Shown: piece by piece, positions 59,723 through 64,000 of the stretch | Numbering within the stretch: the stretch's first letter is position 1 | Layout: every line of letters starts with the position of its first letter | From: Azolla caroliniana | Lineage: Eukaryota > Plantae > Polypodiophyta | NCBI GenBank assembly: GCA_043228905.1 | Contig: JBHGNT010000008.1 | Span: 9,672,001 to 9,736,000 of the forward strand | Length of the DNA: 64,000 nucleotides | Reading direction: 5' to 3' | Position numbers and translations under genes: made by a program | The notes under the pieces: model-generated | The model's database searches: none | What the model was told of the DNA's origin: nothing | Seen by the model: the letters and a program-made list of their open reading frames with translations, nothing else

Positions 59723-60254
59723 AAAGTAGAGAAAATGATGGGGGCAAAAAAGAAGAAGCACGCGTGAATTTGAGGAGCACAGTAGAGAAAAATGCTCATA
59801 ATTTCCTCGTCAGATGTCCAAGTTAGAAAAGAAAAATGCATAAGAAAGCTAACCCAAACAACTTTCCATGAATATCTTGCATGTGAAATTTGGGGCTAGA
59901 AAACATAAATAGTGAGGAAAAGAAAACTCAACTCATATAGACAAGTTCTTTTTTAGGGGAAAAAGACAAGCAATCCTAAACCTATAAATAAGAGCCTATT
60001 CTAGTGAGGAAGGGGGGCAGGGAGAAGGAATGTGGAAGCTCTACTCAATTGGACTCAATGGGACGATCAACAACATCGAGAGGTATCATCAACAAAGAAT
60101 CACCTTCTTCTATATTCCACTCTATTCTTTCCTCCACCTCCCTTCCCCCTTCCTTTATAAATTCTCTCTCATATTCATATCAAACTCGTTGTAAAATTGA
60201 TTCTTATTTTATAAAAGAATCTATTATATTGCAATAAACTAATGTTTGGTTTCA

Positions 60255-61115
60255 CCTACATATCTTATATGTTATTGTCATTTGTGCTTATTTGTTTGTG
60301 TGCCTTGTGACAAGGGAGCGTTTCGGACTTGCCCATACACCTCTCCTTTCACGAAGGCATTCAAACTTACGTGTCTTAAATGTTATCGTCATTTGTGCTT
60401 ATTTGTTGTGTCTTGTGAGAAGGGAGCGTTTCGGGCTTGCCCATGCACCTCTCCTTTCACAAAGGCATTCCAACTTACGTGTCTTATATGTTATTGTCAT
60501 ATGTGCTTATCTGTTTGTGTGTCTTGTGACAAGGGAGCATTTCGGGCTTGCCCATGCATCTCTCCTTTCACAAAGGCATTCAAACTTTCGTGTCTTGCGT
60601 GTTAGTGTAAATCTTTCTTGTGTGTCCGTGCGACTTGTGGCAAGGGAGCATTCGGGCTTGCCCATGCACCTCTCCTTTCACAAAGGCGTCCGAAATTGTA
60701 TCTCCCGTGTGTAAACCTTGCTTGTGTGTTCGTGTGTCTTGTAACAAGGGAGCGTTCAGGCTTGGCCATGCACCTCTCTTTTCACAAAGGCATTCAAAAC
60801 TTTGTCTCTCGTGTGTGTAAGTAAGCCTTTTCCTTGTGTGTCCGTGTCTAAGCCTTCCTCATGTGCATTCGTTCGCCTTGTGACTGGGGGTTTATTTGGG
60901 CTTGCCTATGCACCTGTCCTTTTCACAAACATGTTTGAATACTCATGCCTTGTTTGTGTAAGCCTTCCTTGTGTGTCTGTGTGTAAGCCTTACTCGCGTA
61001 CATTCGTTCGCCTTGTGACTCGGGGTCGATTCGAGCTTTGCCCATGCACCTCTCCTTTTCACAAACATGTTTGAATACTCATGCCTTGTTTGTGTAAGCC
61101 TTCCTTTTGTTGTGT
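60255..61115. repeat. Tandem array of about seven 105-140 bp units inside the solo LTR
   Basis: Core GCTTGCCCATGCACCTCTCCTTTCACAAAGGCATTC recurs in units near 60312, 60420, 60531, 60642, 60746, 60885 and 61020. Confidence 0.93.
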
Positions 61116-61957
61116 GTTTGAGCCCTATTTCCTTCCCATCCATAACCCTGGCGGTTCCACCTCACGATCCACCTGTTGTGACGGATTTTAACGACAACGT
61201 TCCCATTTTATTAGTTTTGCACCAACGTATGCTCGAAGCATATCCTCAATAATTTGATTTACTCATTCTGTCTGTCCATCGGATTGAGGATATCCGTGGA
61301 GCTCATGCTCAACGTAGTTTCTAACTTCTTAAAGACTTGCCTCTAGAAGTCACTAGTAAACTTTGGATCTCGATCACTCACAATATCCATCGGTAACCCA
61401 TAAAAACGAAATAACTCGTCAACGAATTGGTAAGCCAATTCAGGAACTATTACCGTGATTTTAGTAGCAATAAATCTGGCCATTTTGGTTAGTCTAGCAA
61501 CCACAACCCAGATGACATCATGACCTTTTTGGGTGCGAGGAAGGCTAACAATAAAATCCATGGATATACTTTCCCACTTATTATTGGGTCGAAGCATGGT
61601 ACGGTGTACCAACTTTTTGCCAAAAATTTAGTACTAAATCGAGGAAGAAAATAAACATGAAAAATTGAAAATAAAACAATTAGTGCACAAACTAGTGGAT
61701 TATCATCCATTGAATGAGGTTCAAATTCATATAAAAAATTCAATACGAATGTTCAATGATATTATACGTCACAATCAAAGTGTCCCAAGGCCGTATTTAA
61801 TACATTAACTAAACTTCATTCTCCTTGGTAGAGTTGTACGAAAGCAGACCTGGAGAAGGTTTTGAATGTGTAAGTTGGTCAGTCTCAGTCTCTCTCTCTC
61901 TCTCTGGTATGGGTAGTCGAACGTGTCAGTTGGCCAATCTCTCTCACTCTCTCTGTC

Positions 61958-62025
<68 letters not shown>

Positions 62026-62497
62026 GTCTCAAAGTTGTCATTCAGAGAGTTGCAGAAAGTTAGAAATCAAACACATATCTATTACCTATCTCTCTCTTTC
62101 TCTCTTGCTCTCTCTCACTCCACCTTCGATTCTCTATTTCCCCATGTAATTCTTGTTGTGTTCCCTCTGTGCATGATTTTTGTTGTTGTTTCTCTACGAT
62201 CTCTGAACTCTATATATGCAGAGATTGTTGTTTCCCCTCTACTAACGTTGTTCTTGTTGTTGATGTGCTTTCTCTGTGTATGCTCGTTTGTCTCCTTTGT
62301 GTATGCTCGTTTGTTTCCTCTGCAACAGCCTCGTCAACAACCTCCTGCATATAGGTGATTTTCTCAGCTTGGTGTGCTCACAAGGTGAAGAAATCAACAT
62401 AGTATGGTACCTCTAGCTTGACCTTGGCTCCATCTGCCTTCGACCCATCGTTCCATCTGCAACTTGTACGACCTCCAAGTATTCTCTATGCTGCATT

Positions 62498-62760
62498 TTT
62501 AGGGTTTGATTATTCATATTGTATGTGTTGCATGCCCAATTGGTATGTTTTCGTTTTCTTTGTGTTTCTTGTCCGTCTATTTTTATTTTGTGTGTGTTTG
62601 ACATGGATGAGTTTTGTTCCGACTGTTTAGGGTTTGATTATTCATATTCTATGTGTTGCATGCCCAACTGGTTTGTTTTCGTTTTATTTGTGTTTCCTGT
62701 CTGTCTGTTTTTATTTTGTGTGTTTGACATGGATGAGTTTTTTCCAACTGTTTAGGGTTT
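62498..62760. repeat. Tandem duplication, 2 x ~127 bp, starting TTTAGGGTTTGATTATTCATATT
   Basis: Direct comparison of 62498-62625 with 62626-62760. Confidence 0.85.
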
Positions 62761-62843
62761 TTGTGTGTTTCACATGGCTTGTACATGCAACTTAGATTGA
62801 GTTAGCTATGATGATTTGCTGGTTGTTGATGGTATTTTGATGA

Positions 62844-63760
62844 GTGTTCTTCTTGTACATGCATATTCTTTCAACAAGAATAGTGAAGACTAGGACAATG
62901 ACAAGAAGGACACCCATAAAGAAGACATTGGTGAAAGAGAAAGTGAAGACACCAATGAAGGAAAGAAAAAGGACACCTATCAAAGAAAGCAAGAAGACAC
63001 CCACAAGAGAAAGGGTGATGAACTCATCAACTCAGAGAAAGAAGATGTGCCACTCCATCATTCGAGACACACCTCTCGGATGGCATTATTTCCTTCAAGC
63101 ACAACCTAAAGTTTATGAAGAGTTGAGAGAATGGTTGATAAAAACTTGGGGGTCACCACATCCTGATACAAGGCGAGGATTCCAGATAACTGGATTGAAG
63201 AAGGAAGATGTGAACTTATTGAAGACGAGATATGAACTTGTTTATGATACTAATCAAAGCTGTAACAATGAGGTGGGTATTGTTTTTGCACGTGCATTTG
63301 CATGTGAAGTTCAAGGTGGCATCGACGTAGATTGGGAAGATTTTAATCGTCACCGATCAGAACATTATAAAGGGTCCTCCAGTACCAACACTGGCTTGAA
63401 GTCATTGGGAACCTCTCATGTGGATATTCCGGCTACAACACATGTCCACAAAGTTCAATCTGCAAAACTACAGGCCACAATGACTGAAAAGCATGAACAG
63501 ATGATGGCCGGTTGCATAGCTTCTATGAGCTCAAGAATACAAGCACTACTTGCTGATTTGGAAGCAGTTAAATCAGTTGAGATACAGGCATAAAAGCAAT
63601 TCTCTTCAATAAAGACTACATATGAATGGATTGCATCGAAAATCCAAAATTTAGAAAGTGAGGTGTTGAAAGAGGAGTTGAAGAAAGAGCTGAACAATAT
63701 GGGCACTCAATTAGGATCAGAGATGAGAGACCTCGATACTTGCAGAATTGCACATTGCGA
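62844..63760 (+). pseudogene. Uncharacterised, probably TE-borne coding segment (acidic repeat, globular block, coiled coil), disrupted
   Basis: VYEELREWLIKTWG...VFARAFACEVQGGIDVDWEDF, then heptad-like sequence that continues past the stop at 63593; the acidic N-terminal part is in another frame. Confidence 0.5.
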
Positions 63761-64000
63761 ACTAGATAATAAGTTGCATTCCGAGAACCTTGCGTGCTTG
63801 ATGTAGGATTTAAAACGAAAAGGTTTTGAAACTTTGTGTCCATTGATAATTGAGCACACAAGTGGTATGGAAAGTACCATTACTAGTATAGCTATATCAC
63901 TATATTGGCTTTAAAAGTTATTTATTTCTACTTTTTTGGTATAAATATCATATTAGCTAATATATTATAACTTGTGTTTGCAATCTGCCAGGTGTATATT

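Larger units (their letters stand above)
59076..61196 (+). mobile_element. Solo LTR (TGTCGT...ACGACA) inserted in the chromovirus integrase
   Basis: 6-bp terminal inverted repeat; flanks ACAT/ACGT; removing it restores integrase KWERYL; TATA-like CCTATAAATA at 59981. Confidence 0.8.
57755..61600 (-). mobile_element. Chromovirus 3' part (INT, GPF, chromodomain, LTR), split by a solo LTR
   Basis: KWESISMDFI..IVSDRDPKFTSDF (61343-61612); TGYSPFMLMYG; KLAPWFGGPFQV; chromodomain-like YKIKWMDKSIKDVTWE at ~58470-58520; LTR-like 57755-58350. Confidence 0.85.

Noticed and set aside
60246-61115. Cys-rich repeated ORFs and a CRISPR-like periodic array
   Set aside because: The sequence between repeat cores is itself repeated rather than unique spacers; there are no cas genes; the context is a eukaryotic LTR. 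The ORFs are by-products of TG-rich repeats.
61598-61640. Possible DNA-transposon terminus (TACGGTGTACCAAC)
   Set aside because: No matching inverted end or transposase found in the window.
61825-62358. 177-aa ORF
   Set aside because: Largely translation of a (CT)n microsatellite and T-rich sequence.

Overview
Eukaryotic, TE-dominated plant DNA. The element types, (CT)n-rich sequence and very long intron suggest a seed-free plant such as a fern (inference). One host gene was assembled by hand: a minus-strand bHLH + ACT-like transcription factor of the FIT/bHLH-IIIa type, complement(join(31547..31636,32482..32652,49083..49316,49608..50762)), 549 aa, all phase-0 GT-AG introns. Its 16.4-kb intron 2 holds a three-level nest: a chromovirus, a Copia inside it with a perfect CTTAG target-site duplication (TSD), and an uninterrupted 1124-codon RTEX-like LINE ORF2 in the (CT)n tract of the Copia 5' LTR. 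The rest is decayed Ty3/Gypsy and Ty1/Copia elements, solo LTRs, LINE 3' fragments and tandem repeats. Most notable: (1) a large non-env extra ORF conserved between two divergent Athila-like Gypsy elements, with an in-frame TGA at the same aligned position in both; (2) the LINE ORF2 has no AUG before its endonuclease motifs and follows an in-frame TAG-GGA, and four LINE copies share a 3' end motif, lie next to CT-type microsatellites, and in three cases keep a covarying stem-loop; (3) two 26S rRNA fragments fused in scrambled order; (4) a tRNA-Trp primer-binding site (PBS); (5) a perfect 22-bp hairpin scar. No database searches were run; family assignments come from recognised motifs.
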